Shown here one piece after another: positions 13,129 to 23,770 of a stretch of DNA of 64,000 bases. Source of the stretch: Octopus sinensis (Eukaryota); NCBI RefSeq assembly GCF_006345805.1, contig NW_021832845.1, positions 7,377-71,376 on the forward strand. Direction: 5' to 3'. A program made the translations under genes and the position numbers. Under the pieces are notes generated by a model that was not told the DNA's origin, made no database searches, and saw only the letters and a list, made by a program, of their open reading frames with translations. How positions within the stretch are numbered: position 1 is the stretch's first letter; the number at the start of each line of letters is the position of its first letter.

Positions 13129-13302
13129 ATACGACAGCACAGCTCAGCGTCCACGGAACAGAAGACGATGCGAAAGATGGCGATCAGATACAGAAGTCAA
13201 CAAAGTTGAAGAGACAAGCTGCTTCACTGTTATCCGACACGGATACAAGGTATGCTGGGCACAAGACTACGAGGAAAGACCTGATGCAGGATTCTGGAAA
13301 AT
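13129..13302 (+). CDS. AATF: AATF-like coding exon 2 (..TTAQLSVHGTEDDAKDGDQIQKSTKLKRQAASLLSDTDTRYAGHKTTRKDLMQDSGK)
   Basis: ctcttgcag acceptor, T|GTGAGT donor, 174 nt phase 1-1. SLLSDTDTRYAGHKTTRK matches the conserved AATF motif SLLDTDKRYCGKTTSRK, recalled from memory and not searched. Confidence 0.8.
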
Positions 13303-13518
13303 GTGAGTAGGCTGTGTGTTTGTGAGTGTATGTGTACTGTTCCGGGTGTGTTTTACTTGGGAAGGAAAAAATAGTGGATTTCATTTGGAAATAATTATTC
13401 AGTATTTACTGAGTATTAATTGAAGTGAAGATAATTAATTTGCTGTTAATAATAAGCAGTTACTAAATTCCCAATCTCCATTTTCTTTTTCTTATTTTAT
13501 ATGAATATAAACTATATA

Positions 13519-13681
13519 GGCGCAGGAGTGGCTGTGTGGTAAGTAGCTTGCTAACCAACCACTTGGTTCCGGGTTCAGTCCCACTGCGTGGCATCTTGGG
13601 CAAGTGTCTTCTGCTATAGCCCCGGGCCGACCAATGCCTTGTGAGTGGATTTGGTAGACGGAAACTGAAAGAAGCCTGTCG

Positions 13682-13724
<43 letters not shown>

Positions 13725-13943
13725 ATGTGTATGTTTGTGTGTCTTTGTTTGTCCCCCCACCATCGCTTGACAACCGATGCTGGTGTGTTTACGTCCCCGT
13801 CACTTAGTGGTTCGGCAAAAAGAGACCGATAGAATAAGTACTGGACTTACAAAGAATAAGTGTTGGGGTTGAGTTGCTCGACTAAAGGTGGTGCTCCAGC
13901 ATGGCCGCAGTCAAATGACTGAAACAAGTAAAAGAGTAAAGAG
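13519..13943 (+). mobile_element. Full-length tRNA-derived SINE (OK/Ceph-SINE-like) with internal (TA)(TG) microsatellite
   Basis: ggcgcaggagtggctgtgtggtaagtagcttgc...gaaacaagtaaaagag. Near-identical copies at 14709-15091(-), 39977-40375(+), 40681-41025(-), 41129-41516(+), 49394-49685(-) and 51045-51200(-). Confidence 0.85.
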
Positions 13944-13955
13944 TATATATATATA

Positions 13956-14470
13956 CCGTAAATCCTCGAGTATAATCCGCATTTTTTACCCCCCAAAATT
14001 TAAAGGTCAAAATCCCTACTGCGTACTATATACAAGGTTACAAATGAAAATTATTTTCTAATCAATGTCCTAGTCTCTATTTGCTGTCCGGCAATGTTTA
14101 TTCAGACGCATTTTGTGATGTCGGGAGCGAAAATACCTTAAGCTAAGCCTGAAAGCAATGAAGTCATAAAAGAATCATCCATAACTTGCAGTAAGCAACA
14201 TTTATTAAACGTTATTACTGTTATTTCTTTGTTTTCTGCAAACAAAATGCACAAAAAAGCTACACGTTTGCATTATGTTATATATACAATAATAATAAAG
14301 GATGTTACCGTATACAGTTTTACAAACCAAGGACGTTATATAGACCTCCTTGACTCAAGTTAGAGAAGGGGTGTGTATTATGCACGAGGTTTAGGTTTTT
14401 CAGAGGTACAGCCCCCTAAAAATCCCCTACATATTATACTCAAGGGCGGACTATACTCGAAGATTTATGG
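13956..14470. mobile_element. Tc1/mariner-superfamily (pogo/Tigger-like) MITE
   Basis: TA|CCGTAAATCCTCGAGTATAATCCGC ... GCGGACTATACTCGAAGATTTATGG|TA; TIRs with TA target duplication. Confidence 0.8.
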
Positions 14471-14474
14471 TATT

Positions 14475-14689
14475 TCTCTCAGATTCACACACTTATTGCA
14501 GCAGACCTTCAGTTTTTCTAAGCCCTGTGAAAGAACTCAGAAGGTTGGGTCCCGAAAAAAAAATTTACCATAATTTTTTGTTTTTTAATGTATTTTTTAC
14601 TCGGTTTTATATAAGGGAAGTAACTCTCTAAGAATGCTTATATAGTTATTTCCCTTACAAACGCGAGCAATGCCGGGCGATACTGCTAG
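14475..14689 (+). mobile_element. Helitron 3' fragment
   Basis: ...cgcgagcaatgccgggcgatactgCTAG|T hairpin plus terminus. Confidence 0.7.
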
Positions 14690-14708
14690 TATATATATAT
14701 ATATATAT

Positions 14709-15805
14709 ACTCTTTTACTTGTTTCAGTCATTTGACTGCGGCCATGCTGGAGCACCGCCTTTAGTCGAGCAAATCGACCCCGGGACTTATTCTTTATAAG
14801 CTCAGTACTTATTCTATTGGTCTCTTTTGCCGAACCGCTAAGTTATGGGGACGTAAACACACCAGCATCGGTTGTCAAGCAATGCTAGGGAGACAAACAC
14901 AGACACACAAACATATACACACACACTTATATATATATACATATATACGACAGGCTTCTTTCAGTTTCCGTCTACCAAATCCACTCACAAGGCATTGGTC
15001 GGCCCGGGGCTATAGCAGAAGATACTTGCCCAAGATGCCACAAACATGTGGTTGGTTAGCAAGCTACTTACCACACAGCCACTCCTGCGCCTATATAACT
15101 GTAAAACATTATTTAAACATAAGACATTTGCAGGACTTCACTCATAAGGGGTTTAAGATGTTTGTAATAGTATTACCACGAGAACCAGATACAAAATCAA
15201 AAGTATAACCTTGAGGCATCCAATTCTTTGCTACTTGTCGTTCACAAAGGTTTTTTGAACAATAGAGCATAAAGATCAGTGTTTCCTTCAAACTTCCATT
15301 TCAAATTTCAAAAGCTTATTCAAATGGGGAATATTTCAAAAGAAAAGGAAGATCAATTTACCAGCTGATGATGGGAAATTAGTAACTCAGGGAAATGGAG
15401 CCTTTCAGTAATAATGCATGTGTGTGTGTGTGTGTTTTATCTTTTACTTGTTTCTGTCATTAGATTGTGGCCATGCTGGGGCACTGTTTTACTCTTTACT
15501 CTTTTACTTGTTCCATTCATTTGACTGCGGCCATGCTGGAGCACCACCTTTAGTCGAGCAAATCGACCCTGGGACCTACTTTTGTAAGCCTAGTACTTAT
15601 TCTATCGGTCTCTTTTGCTGAACCGCTAAGTTACAGGGACGTAAACACACCAGGATCTGTTGTCAAACGATGTTGTGGGGGAAGTAGGACAAACACACAC
15701 AAGAGCTTCTTTCAGTTTCCATCCACCAAATCCACTCTCAAGGCTTTGGTTGGCCCGAGGCTATAGTAGAAACACTTGCCCAAGATGCCACCACGCAGTG
15801 GGACT
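14709..15805 (-). mobile_element. Two tRNA-SINE copies (14709-15091 and about 15440-15805)
   Basis: Reverse complement of the 13519 SINE family. Confidence 0.8.
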
Positions 15806-16487
15806 GTTACTTATCTATACATAATTAAAGATCTTGTCTATGTGTGTGTGTGTGTGCCTGTTCTGTTTTTATGTAGTTATGCTGCGGAATATAAATATAA
15901 CAAAATTAGGCCAGCAATGTTTCCTTTGAAACTTGAAGTAAAAAGTCTTGGGTACTACTTACACCTATTACACTATTTTTTTTTTTATGACCGAGTCAAA
16001 CGCTTTAGTTTAACCAAAAAGTCTTGGGTACTACTTACACCTATTACACTATTCTTTTTTTATGACCGGGTCAAACACTTTAGTTTAACCAAACCAACTG
16101 GGAAATACAAGCAAGAAAAGGAACTTAGTTTCTCTACATAAGCTGAAATATAAAATTAAAAAACTATATTTTTGAATATTTTACTGAAAATGTACTGAAA
16201 TTTTTTTTAATTCCAAAAAGTTAAAAAAGGTTATTAGTTGTTTTCATAAATTGATAAACAGACAGTCAATAGTTTTAAATTTTTTCTAATTCTCAGTCAT
16301 TTTAGCCAAAAGATGTAGCAGAATTTTGAAAAGACACTGCTAAATGAAAGACAATGGTGATGATATATAAAAAATATGGATATAAATTCTTTAAAATCCA
16401 ACCATACCAATGCAGTCAGTGAAAGTCTTATTCAGATAAATAGAATTACTTAAAAATATATATAAAAAAACACAAATTGTAGCATTC

Positions 16488-16633
16488 TTATACTGATGGG
16501 TAGTTCCTGAAATATTTGTAGCCGAAGAAAAGGAATCCAAAAAGGATTGAAGCGAGGAAGAGTGTGACAAGAATGATTCCGACAATCTCAAGTGTACTGT
16601 AGGGTCTTGATCCATCATCTTCAGTTTTTTTAT
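16488..16633 (-). CDS. Candidate last coding exon of a small membrane protein (DKKTEDDGSRPYSTLEIVGIILVTLFLASILFGFLFFGYKYFRNYPSV*)
   Basis: attgcag acceptor; acidic stretch, about 23-residue hydrophobic helix, then basic/aromatic YKYFR and a stop. Unique sequence. Confidence 0.6.
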
Positions 16634-16773
16634 CTGCAATTGATGAACAATAAAATATACAGCTACATTTATATATTTGTTTTACAAGAATTTTAATGTG
16701 AAATCGTGTGTTGAAACAGATATTGTTGTATTTCGGAATGGTCATTTTGCCAGTTTAGCCAATAATGGCTTAC

Positions 16774-16857
16774 CGTTAGTAAGGAGATACACAAATAAGA
16801 AAGAAGAAAGCAAAGGACCACTGATGAGGTCACAGGAGTGTGACAAAAGAACTCTGG
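16774..16857 (-). CDS. Candidate internal exon, 84 nt phase 1-1 (RVLLSHSCDLISGPLLSSFLFVYLLTN)
   Basis: cttatttcag acceptor and G|GTAAGC donor. A 140-bp intron joins it in frame to 16633 (G+AT = Asp). Confidence 0.5.
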
Positions 16858-17214
16858 CTGAAATAAGATTAAGATTAATGTATAAAATAAATAACGCTGA
16901 AGCAAAGTAACATCAAATATATAGTGCGTGTGTTTTTATTGGCTAAACAGGCAAAATGACCATTCCTAAATACAAAAATATATAGCCTTTGTTTTTAATA
17001 AAAACTAGTAATATCTCCCAAGCTTGACCGTTTTCATATTAACCTATTAAAAAATACTTTCGTTTCTATTATACAAATTCCAGTTTAAAGTGATCTAAAG
17101 GAAAAGTCCCCATCAAAATTTCCAGTAACACTATGTTGCACACATTAGCTTGGTAATGACAAGGTTATTTTACTAAAATCTTCATAATTTTCAAAATTTA
17201 TTTATATGGTCGGT

Positions 17215-17555
17215 CGGAATCCCCTTCAGTCACAACACAGACCATGGGATTGCACCTAGAATGTTACCTTCCAAGTCACAAGTCTGGGCAAGGTTGTTTG
17301 TGGAAGACCAGCAATCACCCATGCATATCGGCCTCCCCTCTCTACGCCACAGATGTTATCCAAGGGAAAGGTAAAGGGGCCGATACAGCTTGGCACCCGT
17401 GACGTTGCAACTCATTTCTACAGCTGAGTGAACTGGAGCAACATGAAATAATGTGTCTCGCTCAAGAACACAACATGCAGCCCGGTCCGGGATTCGAGCT
17501 CACAACCTCACGATCGTAAGCTCGATGCTCTAACCGCTGAACCATGTGCTTTCAT
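17215..17555 (-). mobile_element. tRNA-derived SINE
   Basis: Minus head ...ggttcagcggttagagcatcgagcttacgatcgtgaggttgtgagctcgaatcccggacc. Confidence 0.7.
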
Positions 17556-17639
17556 ACAAAACCAATGTATTTCAACAGAAATATGGTAAGAAATAGGTTG
17601 ACACACCGAGACGACTATATTTAAAAGATTAGCTAATCC

Positions 17640-20600
17640 CCTTCAGATCTGTCCATGATTTAGAAGGGTTATATAGGATATGCAAAGGGGTTTGACTTTC
17701 TTCTTCTAGCACAGAAATGCAAGGTCAACAGATCAGTCCATGATTTAGAAGGGTTATATAGGATATGCAAAGGGGTTTGACTTTCTTCTTCTAGCACAGA
17801 AATGCAAGGTCAACAGATCAGTCCATGATTTAGAAGGGTTATATAGGATATGCAAAGGGGATTGACTTTCTTATTCTAGCACAGAAATGCAAGGTCAACA
17901 GATCAGTCCATGATTTAGAAGGGTTATATAGGATATGCAAAGAGGATTGACTTTCTTCTTCTAGCACAGAAATGCAAGGTCAACAGATCAGTCTATGATT
18001 TAGAAGGGTTATATAGGATATGCAAAGGGGTTTGACTTTCTTCTTCTAGCACAGAAATGCAAGGTCAACAGATCAGTCCATGATTTAGAAGGGTTATATA
18101 GGATATGCAAAGGGGATTGACTTTCTTATTCTAGCACAGAAATGCAAGGTCAACAGATCAGTCCATGATTTAGAAGGGTTATATAGGATATGCAAAGGGG
18201 ATTGACTTTCTTCTTCTAGCACAGAAATGCAAGGTCAACAGATCTGTCCATGATTTAGAAGGGTTATATAGGATATGCAAAGGGGTTTGACTTTCTTCTT
18301 CTAGCACAGAAATGCAAGGTCAACAGATCTGTCCATGATTTAGAAGGGTTATATAGGATATGCAAAGGGGATTGACTTTCTTCTTCTAGCACAGAAATGC
18401 AAGTTCAACAGATCTGTCCATGATTTAGAAGGGTTATATAGGATATGCAAAGGGGTTTGACTTTCTTCTTCTAGCACAGAAATGCAAGGTCAACAGATCT
18501 GTCCATGATTTAGAAGGGTTATATAGGATATGCAAAGGGGTTCGACTTTCTTCTTCTAGCACAGAAATGCAAGGTCAACAGATCTGTCCATGATTTAGAA
18601 GGGTTATATAGGATATGCAAAGGGGTTTGACTTTCTTCTTCTAGCACAGAAATGCAAGGTCAACAGATCTGTCCATGATTTAGAAGGGTTATATAGGATA
18701 TGCAAAGGGGTTTGACTTTCTTCTTCTAGCACAGAAATGCAAGGTCAACAGATCTGTCCATGATTTAGAAGGGTTATATAGGATATGCAAAGGGGTTTGA
18801 CTTTCTTCTTCTAGCACAGAAATGCAAGGTCAACAGATCAGTCCATGATTTAGAAGGGTTATATAGGATATGCAAAGGGGATTGACTTTCTTCTTCTAGC
18901 ACAGAAATGCAAGGTCAACAGATCAGTCTATGATTTAGAAGGGTTATATAGGATATGCAAAGGGGTTTGACTTTCTTCTTCTAGCACAGAAATGCAAGGT
19001 CAACAGATCAGTCTATGATTTAGAAGGGTTATATAGGATATGCAAAGGGGTTTGACTTTCTTCTTCTAGCACAGAAATGCAAGGTCAACAGATCAGTCTA
19101 TGATTTAGAAGGGTTATATAGGATATGCAAAGGGGTTTGACTTTCTTCTTCTAGCACAGAAATGCAAGGTCAACAGATCTGTCCATGATTTAGAAGTGTT
19201 ATATAGGATATGCAAAGGGGATTGACTTTCTACTAGCACAGAAATGCAAGGTCAACAGATCAGTCTATTATTTAGAATGGTTATATAGGATATGCAAAGG
19301 GGATTGACTTCATTATTCTAGCACAGAAATGCAAGGTCAACAGATCAGTCTATTATTTAGAATGGTTATATAGGATATGCAAAGGGGATTGACTTCATTA
19401 TTCTAGCACAGAAATGCAAGGTCAACAGATCAGTCCATGATTTAGAAGGGTTATATAGGATATGCAAAGGGGATTGACTTTCTTATTCTAGCACAGAAAT
19501 GCAAGGTCAACAGATCAGTCCATGATTTAGAAGGGTTATATAGGATATGCAAAGGGGATTGACTTTCTTATTCTAGCACAGAAATGCAAGGTCAACAGAT
19601 CAGTCCATGATTTAGAAGGGTTATATAGGATATGCAAAGGGGTTTGACTTTCTTCTAGCACAGAAATGCAAGGTCAACAGATCAGTCTATTATTTAGAAT
19701 GGTTATATAGGATATGCAAAGGGGTTTGACTTTCTTATTCTAGCACAGAAATGCAAGGTCAACAGATCAGTCCATGATTTAGAAGGGTTATATAGGATAT
19801 GCAAAGGGGTTTGACTTTCTTATTCTAGCACAGAAATGCAAGGTCAACAGATCAGTCTATTATTTAGAATGGTTATATAGGATATGCAGAGGGGTTTGAC
19901 TTTCTTCTTCTAGCACAGAAATGCAAGGTCAACAGATCAGTCCATGATTTAGAAGGGTTATATAGGATATGCAAAGGGGATTGACTTTCTTATTCTAGCA
20001 CAGAAATGCAAGGTCAACAGATCAGTCCATGATTTAGAAGGGTTATATAGGATATGCAAAGAGGATTGACTTTCTTCTTCTAGCACAGAAATGCAAGGTC
20101 AACAGATCAGTCCATGATTTAGAAGGGTTATATAGGATATGCAAAGGGGTTTGACTTTCTTCTTCTAGCACAGAAATGCAAGGTCAACAGATCAGTCCAT
20201 GATTTAGAACGGTTATATAGGATATGCAAAGGGGATTGACTTTCTTATTCTAGCACAGAAATGCAAGGTCAACAGATCAGTCCATGATTTAGAAGGGTTA
20301 TATAGGATATGCAAAGGGGTTTGACTTTCTTCTTCTAGCACAGAAATGCAAGGTCAACAGATCAGTCCATGAATTAGAAGGGTTATATAGGATATGCAAA
20401 GGGGTTTGACTTTCTTCTTCTAGCACAGAAATGCAAGGTCAACAGATCAGTCCATGATTTAGAAGGGTTATATAGGATATGCAAAGGGGATTGACTTTCT
20501 TATTCTAGCATAGAAATGCAAGGTCAACAGATCAGTCCATGATTTAGAAGGGTTATATAGGATATGCAAAGGGGTTGACTTTCTTCTTCTAGCACAGAAA

Positions 20601-21240
20601 TGCAAGGTCAACAGATCAGTCCATGAATTAGAAGGGTTATATAGGATATGCAAAGGGGTTTGACTTTCTTCTTCTAGCACAGAAATGCAAGGTCAACAGA
20701 TCAGTCCATGATTTAGAAGGGTTATATAGGATATGCAAAGGGGATTGACTTTCTTATTCTAGCATAGAAATGCAAGGTCAACAGATCAGTCTATGATTTA
20801 GAAGGGTTATATAGGATATGCAAAGGGGATTGACTTTCTTATTCTAGCACAGAAATGCAAGGTCAACAGATCAGTCCATGATTTAGAAGGGTTATATAGG
20901 ATATGCAAAGGGGATTGACTTTCTTATTCTAGCACAGAAATGCAAGGTCAACAGATCAGTCTATGATTTAGAAGGGTTATATAGGATATGCAAAGGGGAT
21001 TGACTTTCTTATTCTAGCACAGAAATGCAAGGTCAACAGATCAGTCCATGATTTAGAAGGGTTATATAGGATATGCAAAGGGGATTGACTTTCTTATTCT
21101 AGCACAGAAATGCAAGGTCAACAGATCAGTCCATGATTTAGAAGGTTTATATAGGATATGCAAAGGGGATTGACTTTCTTATTCTAGCACAGAAATGCAA
21201 GGTCAACAGATCAGTCCATGATTTAGAACGGTTATATAGC
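17640..21240. repeat. About 42 x 85-bp tandem satellite
   Basis: Unit gatc(t/a)gtccatgatttagaagggttatataggatatgcaaagggg(t/a)ttgactttctt(c/a)ttctagcacagaaatgcaaggtcaaca; period from 17646, 17731, 17816. Confidence 0.95.
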
Positions 21241-21554
21241 AAAAGCAAACACAGGGCTTCTGTCAATTTTTGCCATTAATAATATTTTTCTCTTCAAATT
21301 CAACCTTGATGATTAACTGGAAAATGTCACTCATTTCTATAACAATTAAATAGTATAACTGACAGATAATCCTAGGTAATGAAACTAACTAATCCATTCC
21401 TTGAACTATAAAAATATCCCACCAGGGATTATTATCAAAACTTATCAATTCAAAACAGAAAAGAAAATATAATACAGAAGCAAACCTTGAAATTGTCAAG
21501 TTACAAACTTTGAATTTGTGTAAATATTATGAAAATATTCGTGCAGCTGTTGTT

Positions 21555-21930
21555 GTTGTTATTATTATTATTGTTATTATTCAGTAGTTTTATTTTTATA
21601 GCGTGCTTTCACTTCACTACCGAGCACAGCTCTGTGTGCCTTGGGTATGTGCTGTGATTTGTTGTGATGCTCTGATATTATTATTATTATTGTTATTATT
21701 ATTATTATAATAATTATTATTATTATTGTTCTTCTTCTTATTATTATTATTGTTAATATTTTTATTATTATTATTGTTAATATTATTATTATTGTTGTTG
21801 TTGCTGTTTTTGTTATTATTGTTGTTGTTATTAATATTATTATTATTATATATTATTATTATTATTTATATTATTATTGTTAATATTATTATTATTATTA
21901 TTATTATTATATTATTATTATTATTAATAA
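21555..21930. repeat. (TAT/TGT)n low-complexity trinucleotide tract
   Basis: Direct inspection. Confidence 0.9.
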
Positions 21931-22378
21931 TTAGGAGGGCAGAGAGGTGGCTGAATTGTTAGCATGCCAGACAAAATGCTTAGCAACATTTTGTCCATCT
22001 TTATATTCTGAGTTAAAAATCTGCCAAAGTCTACTCGACCTTTCATCCTGCCAGGGTCAATAGAATAATTATTAGTTGAACACTGGGGTCGATATAATCA
22101 ACTTATCCTCTCCCCGCTAAAATTGCTGGCTTTGTGCCAAAATTTGAAGCCATTTCAGAACCATTGGCATGCCAGGCAAAATGCTTGGAAGTATTTCAAG
22201 TCCCTCCACTATCAGGGGTTTTACTTTGACTTTGTTTCATTCATTGTATGACTTTTTACATGCTATAATCCACACTGTACCCTCCCAAATGTTTTCCTTT
22301 GTGGTCGCCCTCAGTGGTTAATACAGAAATTATTATAAATCATTTCCTTACTGTTTATCTTCAACTGAATATTTTCAC

Positions 22379-22462
22379 CCTGAAGGTTGGCATTATGAAG
22401 TTTCAGAGGCAAATGATCGTTCATTCTCTTATTGTTGACATTTCCACTGTGGACAGCAATTC
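22379..22462 (-). CDS. Candidate upstream exon, 84 nt phase 1-1 (IAVHSGNVNNKRMNDHLPLKLHNANLQ)
   Basis: ttctttatttcag acceptor and CAGG|GTGAAA donor; in frame with the 16857 exon. Confidence 0.45.
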
Positions 22463-22619
22463 CTGAAATAAAGAAATCGGTTAAGAAGTTTTCTTCACAA
22501 TCATATGGTTGTGGGTTCAGTCCCACTGCACGGCACCTTGGGAAAGTGTCTTCTACTACAGCCTCAGCTTGTGAGTGGATTTGGTAGATGGAAACTGAAA
22601 GCAGCCTGTAGTGTATATG

Positions 22620-22668
<49 letters not shown>

Positions 22669-22762
22669 AAGTTCAGCAAAATTTAGATTCCAATGAATAT
22701 GGTACTTAAGTTAGATGCACCAGAATTTGGTATGGTGTTATCCATATAAATCTGTGGGTGGT

Positions 22763-23050
22763 TATAATCAAAATAATTAACAAGAATAACTTCGGTAATT
22801 TGGTACGATCGTTTCATGCTACATCATTTTATTAAATGTTGTAAATATTACAAGAGTTTTAAAATTAAATTAATACATAATTTTCATATTATATGAAAAT
22901 TATGTAATAATGGAAAACCTCTATTAATGACTGATGAGTGCTCAGCATATTTTAAAACTGTTCTAATACTTACAACATTTAATAAAATGATGTAGCGTGA
23001 AATGATCGTACAAAATTACCAAAGTTATTCTTGTTTCTTATTTTGATTAT
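22763..23050. repeat. Foldback element with central CTGATGAG-TGCT-c-AGCA hammerhead remnant (22931); partial second copy at about 27385-27560
   Basis: Arm ataatcaaaataa...tacgatcgtttcatgctacatcattttattaaatgttgtaa versus its reverse complement at 22965-23050. Confidence 0.7.
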
Positions 23051-23162
23051 ATATATATATATATATAATTTCAACAATTGAGGGTAAAATTAATTAATTA
23101 TTAATTAATTTCACCAAGTATTCAGTATGTAAAGGGACCATTTAAGGCGAATTCAAAATATT

Positions 23163-23734
23163 ACATTATATAAAAGGGCTTAGTAAAATAAATTACTTTG
23201 CCACATACTGAACTCATTAGAAATAGCAGCTAAAAGATTTTTTCAGCTATTTCTAATACTTAAAGAAAATCTCTCTCAGATAGTGTTTGCTCAAACCAAC
23301 TCACGAAGGTATGGGGGTAAAAGCATTAAAAAAATCACAAGTGCAAAGGTTATTTGAGAACGTACGTTTCTAGATTAGTCAAATCGACATTTCTTTCGTC
23401 AGCTCAGAACTCCTTGATTCGGATTTGGGAACACTGAAAGTGGGAGCATACCCTTTTGGCTTCTTATCACCTCCTGAGATCCGCTCGAACTGACAGTGCT
23501 AACAAATTCAAAATATGCAAGCTAATCTAGAAACGTACGTTCTCAAATAACCTTTGCATTTGATTTTTTAATGTCTTTACCCCCATACTTTCGTGAGTTG
23601 GTTTGAGCAAACACTATCTGAGAGAGATTTTCTTTAAGTATTAGAAATAGCTGAAAAAATTTCTTTAGCTGCTATTTCTAATGAGTTCAGTATGTGGCAA
23701 AGTAATTTATTTTACGAAGCCCTTTTATATAATG

Positions 23735-23735
<1 letters not shown>
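23163..23735. repeat. Foldback element, about 225-bp arms (23163-23389 and 23521-23735) with a 130-bp spacer; Penelope inverted-pLTR-like
   Basis: Arms are near-perfect reverse complements (acattatataaaagggctt...gaacgtacgtttctagattag / ctaatctagaaacgtacgttc...gcccttttatataatgt). Confidence 0.8.
23353..23408 (-). ncRNA. Minimal type I hammerhead ribozyme motif with intact core
   Basis: Minus: tgag-CUGACGA-a-AGAaauGUC-gauuu-GACuaaUCU-a-GAAA-CGUACG-UU-cuca. Stem I UGAG/CUCA; palindromic stem III ACGUACGU. Confidence 0.65.

Positions 23736-23768
<33 letters not shown>

Positions 23769-23770
<2 letters not shown>

Noticed and set aside
4928-21240. CRISPR-like appearance of the regular 169-bp and 85-bp arrays
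   Set aside because: Units are repeated in full with no unique spacers, there are no cas genes, and the context is eukaryotic.
17640-21240. Ribozyme or coding potential in the 85-bp and 169-bp units
   Set aside because: No CUGANGA/GAAA topology on either strand. Unit lengths are not multiples of 3 and stops are frequent.
21726-21962. Poly-Leu/Ile hydrophobic ORF, and the Pro/Ser-rich ORF at 26304-26639
   Set aside because: Simple (TAT)n and C/T low-complexity tracts.
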